From positions 42,160,001-42,224,000 of the forward strand of contig OY740805.1 in the NCBI GenBank assembly GCA_963514005.1: a DNA stretch of 64,000 bases, written 5' to 3'. Positions 1 to 12,070 of this stretch are shown here, in pieces. The notes under the pieces are model-generated. The model saw only the letters and a list, made by a program, of their open reading frames with translations. It was not told the origin of the DNA and searched no databases. Both the position numbers and the translations under genes were made by a program. The stretch's first letter is position 1. Every line of letters starts with the position of its first letter. The stretch comes from Raja brachyura (taxonomy: Eukaryota).

Positions 1-333
1 GAAGGGACGGGTGACCTTTCGGGTCGAGGCCCTTCTTCAGACTGAGAGTCGGGTGAAGGGAGACTAGAGATATAGAAGGGTAAAGTGTGAAAACGACAGA
101 TCAAAGCAGACGTTGAACAAGGAAATGTAGAATGGTTCATTGTTAGCGGAGGGGATGGTGACAATGAGGCATACAATCAGCAAAATTATTCAGGACGGTG
201 AAACTTGTCGAAGAACTAGGGTGTGGCGGTACAGAGAGAGGGAACGGTTACTGAGTTTACTGAGTGTATGCCTCCTGCATTTCCGTGTGCCAACTTCTCT
301 CTTTTATAGATGGTTATCCAGGTTCCCACATAC

Positions 334-618
334 TTGATATCTGGAGATGGGCCTCTCGTGTTTCGCCCAGTCTTTTATTTCGTATGTAACAGGAATACCT
401 GTTCACAGAATCACTTGTTACATCGATGTGACTGTGGACAGTGATCAGCCCGCTGGAGTCCTCAGTGAACAGTGTGTCAGACCGTGCTGTCACACCTTGT
501 CCACTCCCATCCAGCCACCGCATCTCCGGCTTGGGAAACCATCCATCCGATTTACACACCACACCCACTCCTTGCGTGGTGCTTTCCTCCAAGCGGATCC
601 GGGGCCGTAGTCTAAATC
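334..618 (-). CDS. Butyrophilin/B7-family IgC exon, intact but orphan (no upstream IgV exon in window)
   Basis: ttgcAG acceptor at 620-619 and GTATGT donor at 333. 285 bp, phase 1/1. Encodes GFRLRPRIRLEESTTQGVGVVCKSDGWFPKPEMRWLD...SVNRYSCYIRNKRLGETREAHLQIS with both Ig Cys and the BTN-type C-x-S-x-GW(F/Y)P-x-P motif. The flanking intron (620-860) is homologous to 15780-16023. Confidence 0.85.
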
Positions 619-1305
619 CTGCAATCGGGACGTAATCGGTAAACACGATTGTTACACGTGTAATCTGGCATGGAAAGGGTTTTCCGTGTGTCGGGTCAGT
701 GAGCAGCAGAGGATGCCTGGTGCCTGAAGAGCCACAGCGAGCAGCGATGGGAACTCCAACGATCAATGGTTGGGTCACCGGGTAGCGCCGCGTTGCCGCC
801 CCATCTGCTCGTTGTCACCTTCTCCTTTAGCTGACAATGATCCGTTCTACATTTTCCTTGGTCCGCGTCCCCTTTAGACATTAGACAATAAACAATAGGT
901 GCAGGAGTAGGCCATTCAGCCCTTCGAGACAGCACCGCCATTCAATGTGATCATGGCTGATCATCCCCAATCAGTACCCCGTTCCTGCCTTCTCCGCATA
1001 TCCCCTGACTCCGTTATTCAGCTCTCTATACTTCCATAAGAGCCCTGTTTAGCTCCCTCTTGAAAGTATCCAAAGAACCGGCTTCCACCGCCCTCTGAGG
1101 CAGAGAATTCCACAGACTTTGATTTCTCTTCTTCACACCTAACCCTTCCATATCTCTGACTCCATCTCCCATGATTCGCAGTCTGAAGGATCTCGACCCG
1201 AAACGTCACCCTGTAGCGGCACCTAGTGGCTAATCGGTGTATGACAGAACCCAAGTCAGAGGCCGGGTCTGTAACGTGACAGGGTTGGTGCGCGGTATGT
1301 CACGT

Positions 1306-3176
1306 AGAAACATAGAAAATAGGTGCAGGAGGCCATTCGGCCCTTCAAGCCAGCACTGCCATTCAATGTGATCATGGCTGATCGTCCACAATCAATAACC
1401 CGTGCCTGCCTTCTTCCCATATCCCTTGATTCCACTAGCTCCTGGAGCTCTATCTAACTCCCTCTTAAATCCATCCAGTGACTTGGCCTCCACTGCCCTC
1501 TGTGACAGCGAATTCCACAAATTCACAACTCTCTGGGTGAAAAAGTGTTTTCTCACCTCAATCTTAAATGGCCTCCCGTTTATTCTAAGACTGTGGCCCC
1601 TGGTTCTGGACTCACCCAACATTGGGAACATAGGGAGGTTGCACGGCAGTCGGGTCACGACCCATGACCCGTACTGTTGCTAAAGCCTGTTAAAACCCGC
1701 CGAAATTGTCAATTTTTGCGCTGTAAATAATTATGGAAATCGGGATAAGCGTGAGAGACATTTAGCCTACTTCAGAATTCCAAAAGTGAGGCGAGATGAT
1801 GGTTGATAGAAGCGAGAGCTGAAGGGACAACAACAGCCAAAGTGCTTGGCGAACATTGGCCGTTTGCTCATTGCATTTCATCAACAGTAAGGCATTATTT
1901 GTGGAGTTTTTCTTGATTTCTTTGGCATCCAAAAAGTTTCAGAAGTGATAAATCTGGCTGTAAAATTTTAAAATCGCCCATGGTTCTGAAGTGGGTTTTT
2001 ACATACAAAATGAAAACGCCTCTGAAGCAATTTACAGCCAGATTTATCACTTCTGAGAGATTTTAGATACCAAAGGAATCAAGAAAAACCACAAATAATG
2101 CCTTCCTGTTGATGAAATGCAGCGATCAAACGCAATAATTCCCAATATTTTCTATTTCCATATCTGCACGGCCAATGTTCGCCAAGCACTTTAGCTGTTG
2201 TTGTCCCTTCAGATCTCGCCTCTCTTTACCTTAATTTCGCTTCACGTTTGGAATTGTGAAGTTGGGTATATGTCTCTCACGATTACTCCCATTTCCACAA
2301 TATTTTACAGCCCAAAAATCCAAAATTTTGGCGGTTTTTAACAGGTAAGAAAGTATACGTTTCGTATATTAACAACAGATGCCAGAAGCTGCGATGTCCT
2401 CCAGGTGGATTGAGTGGCTCCGTGCGTCAAGCCCTATGACCCAGTGACCTTACGTGCAACGCCCCTATTTTTCCTGCATCTAGCTTGTCCACTCCTTTTT
2501 ATAATTTTATATGTTTCTATAAGATCCCCACTCATACTTCTAAACTTCAGTGAATACAAGCCCAGCCTTTTCAATCTTTCCTTGTATGACAGTTGCACCA
2601 TCCCAGGGATCAATCACGTGAACCTATGCTGCACTGGCTCAATCACAAGGATGTCCTTCCTCAAATTAGGAGACCTAAACTGTAGACGACACTCCAGATG
2701 TGGTCTCACCAGAGCCCTATACAACTACAGAAGAACCTCTTTACTCCTATACTGAAATTATCTTGTTATGAAGGGCAACATTCCATTAGCTTTCTTCACT
2801 GCCTGCTGTACCTGCACGCCAACTTTCAGTGACCGGTGTACAAGGACGCCCAGGTCTCGCTGCACCCCCCCCCCCCTTACCCAACCTAACCCCATTGAGA
2901 TAATAATCTGCCCCCTTGTTTTTGCCACCAAAGTGGACACCTCACATTTATCTATATTATACTGCATCTGCCACACATCTGCCCAGTCACTCAACCTGTC
3001 CAGGTCACCCTGCAACCTCCTAACATCCTCTTCACAGTTCACACTGCCACCCAGCTTTGTGTCATCCGCAAACTTGCTAGTGTTGCTCCTAATTCCCTCT
3101 TCCAAATCATTAATATATATGGTAAACTGTTGCGGCCCCAACACCGAGCCTCAGGGCACTCCACTCGCCACTGCCT
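1306..3176 (-). mobile_element. 5'-truncated CR1 LINE (RT C-terminus plus 3' tail), interrupted by a MITE
   Basis: ORFs 2758-3144 (FTIYINDL...KFADDTKLGG) and 1392-1658 (CR1 ORF2 C-terminus). (TTTCTATG)n-type tail at 1306-1320. Confidence 0.9.
1632..2466. mobile_element. Non-autonomous foldback DNA transposon (MITE) inserted in CR1
   Basis: Imperfect TIRs AGGGAGGTTGCACG / CGTGCAACGCCCCT. Long internal inverted repeat (~1810-1965 vs ~2030-2220). Comparison with uninterrupted CR1 copies (GGGAACATTTTTCCTG, e.g. at 25611) implies an AT duplication or a blunt insertion. Confidence 0.8.
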
Positions 3177-3690
3177 GTCACGTGACAGGGTTCGTGCGCG
3201 GGGCCGGGTGTGTCACGTGACAGGGTTGGTGCCGGTGTGTCACGTGACAGGGTTGGCGCGTGGGGCCGGTGTGTGACGTGACAGGGTTGGTGCGTGGGGC
3301 CGGGTGTGTCACGTGACAGGGTTGGTGCGTGGGGCCGGGTGTGTCACGTGACAGGGTTGGTGCGCGAGGCCGGGTGTGTCACGTGACAGGGTTGGTGCGC
3401 GAGGCCGGGTGTGTCACGTGACAGGGTTGGTGCGTGGGGCCGGGTGTGTCACGTGACAGGGTTGGTGCGCGGGGCCGGGTGTGTCACGTGACAGGGTTGG
3501 TGCGTGGGGCCGGTGTGTCACGTGACAGGGTTGGTGCGTGGGGCCGGTGTGTCACGTGACAGGGTTGGTGCGTGGGGCCGGGTGTGTCACGTGACAGGGT
3601 TGGTGCGTGGGGCCGGTGTGTCACGTGACAGGGTTGGTGCGTGGGGCCGGGTGTGTCACGTGACAGGGTTGGTGCGCGGGGCCGGGTGTT
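3176..3690. repeat. Minisatellite of ~15 x 34-35 bp, each unit carrying the palindrome GTCACGTGAC
   Basis: Unit GTGTCACGTGACAGGGTTGGTGCG(T/C)GGGGCCGG(G), read directly. One further degenerate unit at 1261-1305, on the other side of the CR1. Confidence 0.95.
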
Positions 3691-3700
3691 GACGGTTTCC

Positions 3701-3851
3701 ATGGAGCAGCCTCAGTGCACGAGTCCCGGGCCGTCGGAGACGTTGCGCCGCTGCCGTGAGAGAGAGTCTCTGCGCCCAATTCGCTCTGGTGACCGGCATG
3801 GACCAGGCTGCGGCTCGGTACATCCTGGAGGACAACCAGTGGCTGCTGGAA
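3701..3851 (+). pseudogene. TDP2: TDP2-like exon 1 (N-terminal UBA-like domain), frameshifted relative to its ATG
   Basis: The frame from 3756 reads RESLCAQFALVTGMDQAAARYILEDNQWLLE, resembling the human TDP2 N-terminus (RRLLCVEFASVASCDAAVAQCFLAENDWEME, from memory). A GTAGGT donor at 3852 follows. The ATG at 3701 is in another frame, and the UBA frame has TGA at 3690 with no ATG before the domain. No later TDP2 exons were seen. Confidence 0.7.
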
Positions 3852-4431
3852 GTAGGTAGCAAGCACTGGGTAGAAGCGGTGGAAGATAGTGACCTTCAAA
3901 TGGGGGTGGTTGGAGAAAGCAGCCTTCCGCGGCCCATGTTAATGTATGTGTNNNNNNNNNNNNNNNNNNNNNNNNNNNNNNNNNNNNNNNNNNNNNNNNN
4001 NNNNNNNNNNNNNNNNNNNNNNNNNNNNNNNNNNNNNNNNNNNNNNNNNNNNNNNNNNNNNNNNNNNNNNNNNNNNNNNNNNNNNNNNNNNNNNNNNNNN
4101 NNNNNCTGGGTGAGTTGTGTGTGGGTCTGTGTGTGTGAGCGTGAGTGTGTGTGGGGCTGAGGCGTGTTGCTAGGCAACAGTGGGTGGTCGGGCTGCAACT
4201 GTCGCGTGGACCGGGCGTGATCTGGGCCGAGCGGTCACGTGGTCAGGGGGCGGCGGTTGGGCGGTTGGAATTCAAACGGTTGTCGGTTGGACCCGGGGAC
4301 GGACGGACAGAGTGAAGTGACCGTGAGGTCTGATGCCGCGTGTGGTGGAGAGTGAAGCACAGTTCCTGCAGCAAACTGTAGGATCTTCGGTGTGAAGAGA
4401 CCGGTCTGATGCCGTGTGTGATAGAGTACAA

Positions 4432-4766
4432 TCTCTCCATATCTGTCTCTCTATCTATCTCTGTCTCTCTCTCACTCTCCCTCACTATCCCACTCTCTCT
4501 CTCATTTCTCACTCTCTCTCATTCCACTCTCTCTCTCCCTCACTATCCCACTCTCTCTCTCATTTCTCACTCTCTCTCATTCCACTCTCTCTCTCCCCCA
4601 CTCTATCCCGCTCTCTCTCTCTCTTATTTCTCTCTCTCCTCTCATTTCTCTCCTCTCTCTCTTTTCACTCTCTCTCCCATGGTCTCTCACCCCCTCCCCT
4701 CTCTCTCATTAAATATATATATGTGTGTGTGTGTGTGCGCGTATGTATGTGTGTGTGTGTATATAT
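4432..4766. repeat. (CT)-rich low-complexity tract plus (TG)/(TA) microsatellite
   Basis: Direct inspection. Confidence 0.9.
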
Positions 4767-6832
4767 CAGGCACGTGCCGTCAGGGTAGGCAAGGTAGGCA
4801 CTGCCTACCCTGACTAAAATTATGAAATGGCAATTTTTAAATATAAATAGTAAAGGCATGGGAGAATGATGCCTGTCTAAGAGATCGATCTCTTAGGTAG
4901 GCATAATTCTCCGTGCCTTTCACCCGCAGCGCTTGTAACACGGGAAGCTCTGTGCAGCCCCCGTGCCGTCAGCGCTGCCTGAAGCCGTCAGATTCAATGG
5001 GAGCTGAAGGCAGCAGAAATTCTGCCTTTGCAGCACTGCGCATGTGCATCATCTTTCTGCGCATGCGCATCGCGTGTTTCTTGGCGGGATGTTCAAATAT
5101 GGATTGCCATTATTTTAATAGTATCTTAGCAAACAAATGGAGAATGGACTTAATGTACCAATAATGTGGTAAGTGCATTTCTTTGTGCTTTATGTTTTTA
5201 AATACTGCAGTTCCCGGGGTGGGGGGAGAGCTCCGTTCACAGTGTTTGGGCAGTCTGGCGTTGTGAAGGAGGGGATTGGGGTCAGTAACCCACTTGCTAC
5301 GCTCCGGTCTGAGTGCAGGTGAGATGGGACTAGGGGAGAGTAAATGTTCGGCACGGACTAAAAGGGCCGAGATGGCCTGTTCCCGTGCTGTATTGCCATA
5401 TGGTTTTATTGTGGCCGGGGAGTGGATCAGCTCGGGTGGTAGCCGCAGCACTCCGGGCATGGACAGCAGAACTGGCCGCCACTTCCGCGGAAGGAAGCAG
5501 CTCGGGTGACTGCGAGTGGCCGCCGGGACCCTGCCACTTCAGCCCCTTCTGCTGGTCCCCACTCACCTCTGGCAGTGCTCTCCGTCTGAACATCTCTCAC
5601 CTGCCGCTCGCCGGCCGGCTTCCCGCAAATCTTTAAATTCCGACAGCGCGTTCACGGGTCCAGTTTAGGTTACTTGGCTGTGGGAATTTAAGGATTTGCG
5701 GGGCGCGGTTGACATAAGCGAAGCCAGCGAACGGCAGGTGAGAGATGTTCAGACGGCGAAGGAGATAGGCGACGTTTCGGGTCGAGACCCTTCTTCAGAC
5801 TTAGTCTGAACATCTCTCACCTGCCGCTCGCCGGCCGGCTTCCCGCAAATCTTTAAATTCCGACTCAGTCTGAAGAAGGGTCTCGACCCGAAACGTCGCC
5901 TATCTCCTTCGCCCCTTAGATGCTGCTGCACCTGCAGCTGAGTTTCTCCAGCTTTTTGTGTGACCCCCATCTCTCACCTGCCGTTCGCCGGCTTCGCTCA
6001 TGTCAACCGCGCCCCGCAAATCCTTAAATTCCCACAGCCAAGTAACCTAAACTGGACCCGTGAACGCGCTGTCGGAATTTAAAGATTTGCGGGAAGCCGG
6101 CCGGCGAGCGGCAGGTGAGAGATGTTCAGACTCAGTCTGAAGAAGGGTCTCGACCCGAAACGTCGCCTATCTCCTTCGCCCCTTAGATGCTGCTGCACCC
6201 GCTGAGTTTCTCCAGCTTTTTGTGTAACCCTCGATTCTCCAGCATCTGCAGTTCCTTCTTTAACACGGCAGGTGAGAGATGTTCAGGCGAAGAGCACTGC
6301 CTGAGGTGATCAGAAGGCGCTGAAGAGCAGCCGGTTCTGGTGTTGGGTCCCGGTGGCCGTTCGCACCCGAGCTGCTTCTATCCCCGGAAGTGGCGGCCAG
6401 TTCTGCTGTCCTTACCCGGAGCGCTGCGGCAGCGGTGAGTGAGTTTGATATGATCTCTGTCCCCCTCCTTCTCAAAACCTCTCCCTTCTCGCATATTTAA
6501 CCCCTGCCGCAGGCTCCCCACACGGTGTGAAAGGAACTCCCACTCCAATTGGACCCTTGAATTAGTATTGTCATTCCATAAGATGACAACTGATTCAACG
6601 TCCCGATGTGCTCCCGTTTTTCCCACCATCTCTCCACCTGCCTTCATCCTCCGTCCCCCACCCATTCAGTAATTAAAAAATAAAGGAGATTTAGAACCCT
6701 TGGGAAAATTGAATTGTCACTTATTTTTTATTGTTTACGAAGAGAACAATCTGCGCATGCGCGGTTTTAAGATTTTTTTTTTGAAAGCCGGCTGACTGCC
6801 TACCCTGAGTAATTACTCACGGCACGTGCCTG
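4767..6832. mobile_element. Non-autonomous hAT-type DNA transposon with an internally rearranged palindromic core
   Basis: Perfect 14-bp TIR CAGGCACGTGCCGT / ACGGCACGTGCCTG. Subterminal CAGGGTAGGCA repeats. 8-bp TSD GTATATAT (4759-4766 and 6833-6840). No transposase ORF. Confidence 0.88.
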
Positions 6833-7509
6833 GTATATATATATATAACAGTATATGTCAGGATGTCTGTGTGTGTACAATATAGTCTTATCTACACCAA
6901 TGTAAAGGTTGCTGATGAGGTAAGGCTCTGTTGTGAGTAGCACAAAGAAAGACACCGAGTGAGAGTAAGAGACTGTTTATTCTGCAAACACTGCTTTTTA
7001 TCTTGACCTCAGGCACGAGTTTCCATTTTAGATTACACAATATATATATATTAACATAATATAATATAAATTATAATATTTATATTATATATATATATAT
7101 ATATATATAACATTACAAAGACATCACATCTCCCTCTTCACTTTACAGACATTACAGGCACTGGCATTGACATTATATGTATATTACATATCGTACCAAG
7201 ACATCACAGCCAGTATATGTATCTATATTGTACACACACAGACATGCTGATATATATATGTATGTATTNNNNNNNNNNNNNNNNNNNNNNNNNNNNNNNN
7301 NNNNNNNNNNNNNNNNNNNNNNNNNNNNNNNNNNNNNNNNNNNNNNNNNNNNNNNNNNNNNNNNNNNNNNNNNNNNNNNNNNNNNNNNNNNNNNNNNNNN
7401 NNNNNNNNNNNNNNNNNNNNNNNNNNNNNNNNNNTGCTGGGGCAGCTGTGATGTGTGAATGCGTGTGAGTGTGTGTCAGACACTGTCATTCACTGTCTTC
7501 ATTCTGTAG

Positions 7510-7632
7510 ATGATATCTTCCTTGCTGGAGTTCCTGACTGGGCCCTGCCGCTGGTCCTCACCATTTGTCTTCTCATTGCCGCCCACGTTGCTGTGTTTTA
7601 TTGGAACGTGAAACAAAACAGATGCATCAAAG
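7510..7632 (+). CDS. Butyrophilin-type transmembrane exon (TM-1)
   Basis: tgtAG acceptor and GTACGT donor. 123 bp, phase 1/1. (D)DIFLAGVPDWALPLVLTICLLIAAHVAVFYWNVKQNRCIK has a hydrophobic helix plus basic stop-transfer residues, the same layout as exon 18347-18466. Confidence 0.75.
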
Positions 7633-8158
7633 GTACGTTAAACAACAGCGTAAGATGCAGGTCGGGAAATCCGGGCGGGTTTATGCCAGATTCCCACTGT
7701 AACTTCAGTGGAAAACCAGAGCACTCTCCGAGGGGCTTCCACCTTCCAGCGGCTCCTGGGGTAACATTGTGCATGTGTGAACGGGCGATCCATGGTCAGC
7801 ATCGACTCGGTGGGCTGGAGGGCCTGTTTCCATGCTGTATCTCTGAACTAAAGAAAATTAAACATTACCAAAGTTAGGTCAATCTTCTCAATGCTCGGTT
7901 GTCAGTGTTCCAGTGAATGGCCATCACAGCTGTGTTTCACTTTGGTGTGAAATCAATCCTCAGACTCTGAAGATGAAACAAAAAGCTTTAACTGGGGTTG
8001 ACTGCAGACAGGGCGAGGGCAGATTCCAGACACTGATGGTAACTCCAGCCGGGAACAGCAGCGAGGTGAAGCTGCATCCTCCACTCTGCAACCGTGCTCT
8101 CTGCCAGCTTCCATCCGTGGCTGTATCCTCAGCCACTGGTCCCCCTCACCGGGGAACA

Positions 8159-8212
<54 letters not shown>

Positions 8213-9320
8213 ATATTTAAACCTCTCATCACACTGATGATCATTTATTTTCTGGGTTTCCCAGCTCTCAATATCCTGCATGAATCTTCAGTTAACAGAT
8301 TCAAATTGACTTCAAGGAAAGATAATCCAACTGTCCATGCAAACCTGTCTGCCATTTGTACTCGGCTACAGTCACACAGACAGTCATGTGTAGAGAGTCT
8401 GTGTCTTGGTGGGGGAGTGTTGGCTGGGACACTGGGAGAACTCCTTGCTCATTAAATAATGTCCTGAGCTGTTCCATTCCACCACAAGTGCTGGACTTCA
8501 GAGTATCTTGAACCAGTCCCCACCTGCAATGGTACAACACTGGGTCAGCCCTCCACTGAAGTGTCAGCTCATATTATGAGCTCTGCTAATGAAGTGACTC
8601 TCAAGTGGAGGGGAAGTCAGGCCTTTATTGAGTTTACAAAGTCATGAATGATTTGAAGTGAATCCAGAAAAGTTTCTTGTACAGTGTTTGTGGCTGCATT
8701 TGAATCACAATTGCATTTAAACGTGAATCGGTGTTTGAACAATTTCCACTCTGAAATGGCATTACTGGCAATGCCAGCATTTAATGCCCATCTCCAATTG
8801 CCTCTGAACCAAGTGGGCGGGGGGTGGGGGGTGGCATTTCAGATTCTGGATCAAGGTGTACAACTTTGCTGCGTATCTGGGAGTTACATGGAGTTACGGA
8901 CTGGGGAAGGGCAGCAGCTTTGTTTCTTTAAAGGACATTTTTCAACTGGTGAAAATTCCTTGGTGTGCGGGAGAGTGAAGGCAGAGTGTTCTGTGTACCC
9001 CTGACCTGTGTAATTAGTGGGAAAGGAAAGTACACGAGAATATGTGGCTATTGAACTGCAGAGGCTAGTTTATACCGAAGGCAGACACAAAATGCTGGAA
9101 CAACTCACTGGGTCAGGCAGAGGAATAGGTGATGTTTCCGGTCGAAAATATATGTAGCAGCTTTCATTATGCATTGAATCTTTCATATGAGCAATGTATC
9201 CAGACCAATGATATTTGGAAGAGTTCCAAACTATAACAAAAGAATCTCATTTGCTTTCTTTAAATCGCCAGCAGGAAAGATTCAACAAATATTCTGAAGC
9301 TTAACCATTGTATTTTCTAG

Positions 9321-9652
9321 AGGAGTTCTCTGTGATTCTGCCAGACTATCCGGTTGTGGCCATGGTGGGTGGAGATGCCGTGTTGGAATGTCAGAAGGTA
9401 CCGGATACATCACTGGACGCCCTGGAGGTCCGATGGTTTACAACGAGCCCGGGGTCACCGGCGGCCAGGACCGACCTGAGGTGCAGGACGGGGCTAACCG
9501 AGGGAGGACGGAGCTTATTCGGGAAGAGTTTCCCCGTGGAACCGCATCGCTTAAACTGAAGAGGGTCAAAGTATCAGATGCTGGAATGTACACGTGTTCC
9601 ATCAGCACCCCCACGTCCAGTCACCAGGCGGCGCTGCGGCTGCAGGTTGAAG
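9321..9652 (+). pseudogene. Butyrophilin IgV exon copy 1, frameshifted by a 16-bp deletion
   Basis: Near-identical to 15048-15395 but 332 bp long. The VHLYT segment is deleted between CACC microhomologies at ~9456-9459. Splice sites are intact. Confidence 0.9.
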
Positions 9653-9749
9653 GTGAGTCCCTCTGGAGGAATAGAGTTCACACCAGGGTTTACGCCGGGA
9701 ATGTCAGTAAGCTGCCCCCCAGACTGGGATTTTACTGGGAAGGTCAAGT

Positions 9750-10550
9750 TTCTCCCTTGCTTTGAATTGTGGGATAAATATAGGTCCCTTGCAGTCAGAA
9801 ACAGGTGAATTGATCATGGGGAACAAGGACATGGCAGACAAATTGAATAACCACTTTGATTTTCTCTTCACTAAGGAAGACATAAATAATATGTTGGAAA
9901 TAGCAGGGGACCGGGGGTTAAATGAGATGAAGGAACTGAGTGAAATCCAGGTGAGCCGGGAAGTGGTGTTAGGTAAATTGAATGGATTAAAGGCCGATAA
10001 ATCCCCAGGGCCAGATAGGCTGCATCCCAGAGTACTTAAGGAAGTAGCCCCAGAAATAGTGGATGCATTAGTGATAATTTTTCAAAACTCTTTAAATTCT
10101 GGAGTAGTTCCTGAGGATTGGAGTGTAGCTAATGTAACTCCACTTTTTAAAAAGTGAGGGAGAGAGAAAACGGGGTATTACAGACCAGTTAGTCTAACAT
10201 CGGTAGTGTGGGAAATGCTAGTGTCAGTTATTAAAGATGGCATAGCAGCACATTTGGAAAGTGGTGAAATCGTTGGACAAAGTCAACATGGATATATGAA
10301 AGGTAAATCATGTCTGACGAATCTTATGGAACTTTTTGAGGATGTAACTAGTAGGGTGGATAAGGGAGATGTGTTATATCTGGACTTTCAGAAGGCTTCC
10401 GACAAGGTCCCACATAAGAGATTAGTATACAAACTTAAAGCACACGGTATTGGGGGTTCAGTATGTGGATAGAGAACTGGCTGGCAGACAGGAAGCAAAG
10501 AGTAGGAGTAAACGGGTTATTTTCAGAATGGCAGGCAGTGACTAGTGGGC
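9750..10550 (+). mobile_element. CR1 LINE ORF2 fragment
   Basis: KSPGPDRLHPRVLKE, ANVTPLFKK, SQHG..KGKSCLTNL and YLDFQKA motifs, with stops. Confidence 0.9.
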
Positions 10551-11277
10551 TACTAGTCAGGGCGTGGTCTACTAGCCTCACCGCGACCGCTGAAAACCAA
10601 TGCAGAATCACTCCCTGACCCTCGATCTGGAGTAACTCCCTGGAGTAACTCTTGCTTCTGGTTTCCTGGTCCTCCATAATTATTCCAAATGGAATTTAAA
10701 CTGGAGGTGGTGGGGGGCTGAACAATAACAGCCTATTGCATTTTATCTGTTTATTTATTGAGTACATATATGGTCTATGGTATATAAACACACTGAACTT
10801 TTATCTCCTGTTCTGTATTATGTTTACATATTCTGTTGTGCTGCAACAAGCAAGAATTTCATTGTCCTCTCTGGGACTCCATGCTTTAATTGTGCGGGGA
10901 ATCTCCATGGAGCAGCCAGCAACTCTGGATAGAAGAAATTGTGTGACGTTTCGTGTTGAGACCCTTCTTTGGATTCCCTCTGGGTTTAGTGTTTTTAGTT
11001 TACTTTAATGATACATCTTGGAAACAAGCCCTTCGGCCCACCGAGTCCACGCCGACCACCGATCACCCATACACTAGTTCTGTCCCACACATTAAGTCGA
11101 GAGTCATGAGTGTTTTATTCTCTCACGTCCCAGTTAGAACAACGAAATCCTTACTTGCAGCAGCACAACAGAATATGTAAACATAGTACTCTGTAAACAG
11201 TGTTATAAATGATAAAACAAAACTCTGTATATTTATATATGAATATATAAATATGTGCGTGCGTTTGTGTGTGTGTA

Positions 11278-11278
<1 letters not shown>

Positions 11279-11347
<69 letters not shown>
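11279..11347. repeat. (CA)n microsatellite (another at 8160-8203)
   Basis: Direct inspection. Confidence 0.95.
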
Positions 11348-11351
<4 letters not shown>

Positions 11352-11844
11352 TTTCCCTCCTGAGATTAATAAAGTTCTCTCGTATAGTATCGTGTGTGTA
11401 GGAAGGAACTGCAGATGCTGGACATAGACACAAAACTGAAGATAGACACAAAAAGCTGGAGTAACTCAACAGGTCAGACAGAATCTCTGGACAAAAGGAA
11501 AATATTACTTATTGGGTTGGGTCTGAAAGATTTGTGCACAACTTTGGAATGTGGAAGGAAACAAGAGCACCCGGAGAAAACCCATGCGATCAAAGGGAAA
11601 AGGAGCAAACTCCATACAGACAGCACCCATATTCAGGATCAATTCCGGGTCTCTGGCACTTTTAGGCAACAATTTTATGGCCAATATATTGCCCCATAGT
11701 CTTGAACTTAATTAAAACATACAGTAGCTGTAAAGGGGGACATAGCATCACTTGGAGATATAAGACTGAAAATTGATATTTTAATTGTTTTAGTAACAAA
11801 AGTTATCAACGTATAATTTTTTGTGTGTTGGAAAACAAAATATA

Positions 11845-12070
11845 GTGGCACAGCTGGTAGACTTGCTGCGTCACACGCCAGAGATCTGTGTTCGATCCTG
11901 TCCTCGGGCACTGTCTGTGTTGAATTTGCACATTCTCCCTGCAAGCGTGTGGGTTTCCTCCCACATCCCAAAGATGCACTGGCTTTGTAGGTTAACTTGT
12001 CTGTGTGAATTTGCCCCTAATGTGTAGGGAGTTTTTGACGAAAGTGGGATAATAGAACTTGTGTGAATGG
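11845..12070 (+). mobile_element. HE1-like tRNA-derived V-SINE, diverged
   Basis: A box (GTGGCACAGCTGG), B box (GTTCGATCC) and the central TTTGCACATTCTCCC...GTGGGTTTCCTCCCACA domain shared with the copy at 44956. Confidence 0.7.

Noticed and set aside
3176-3690. CRISPR-like appearance of regularly spaced palindromic repeats (also 41733-42625 and 49380-50093)
   Set aside because: There are no unique spacers and no cas genes, and the context is vertebrate; these are head-to-tail minisatellites.
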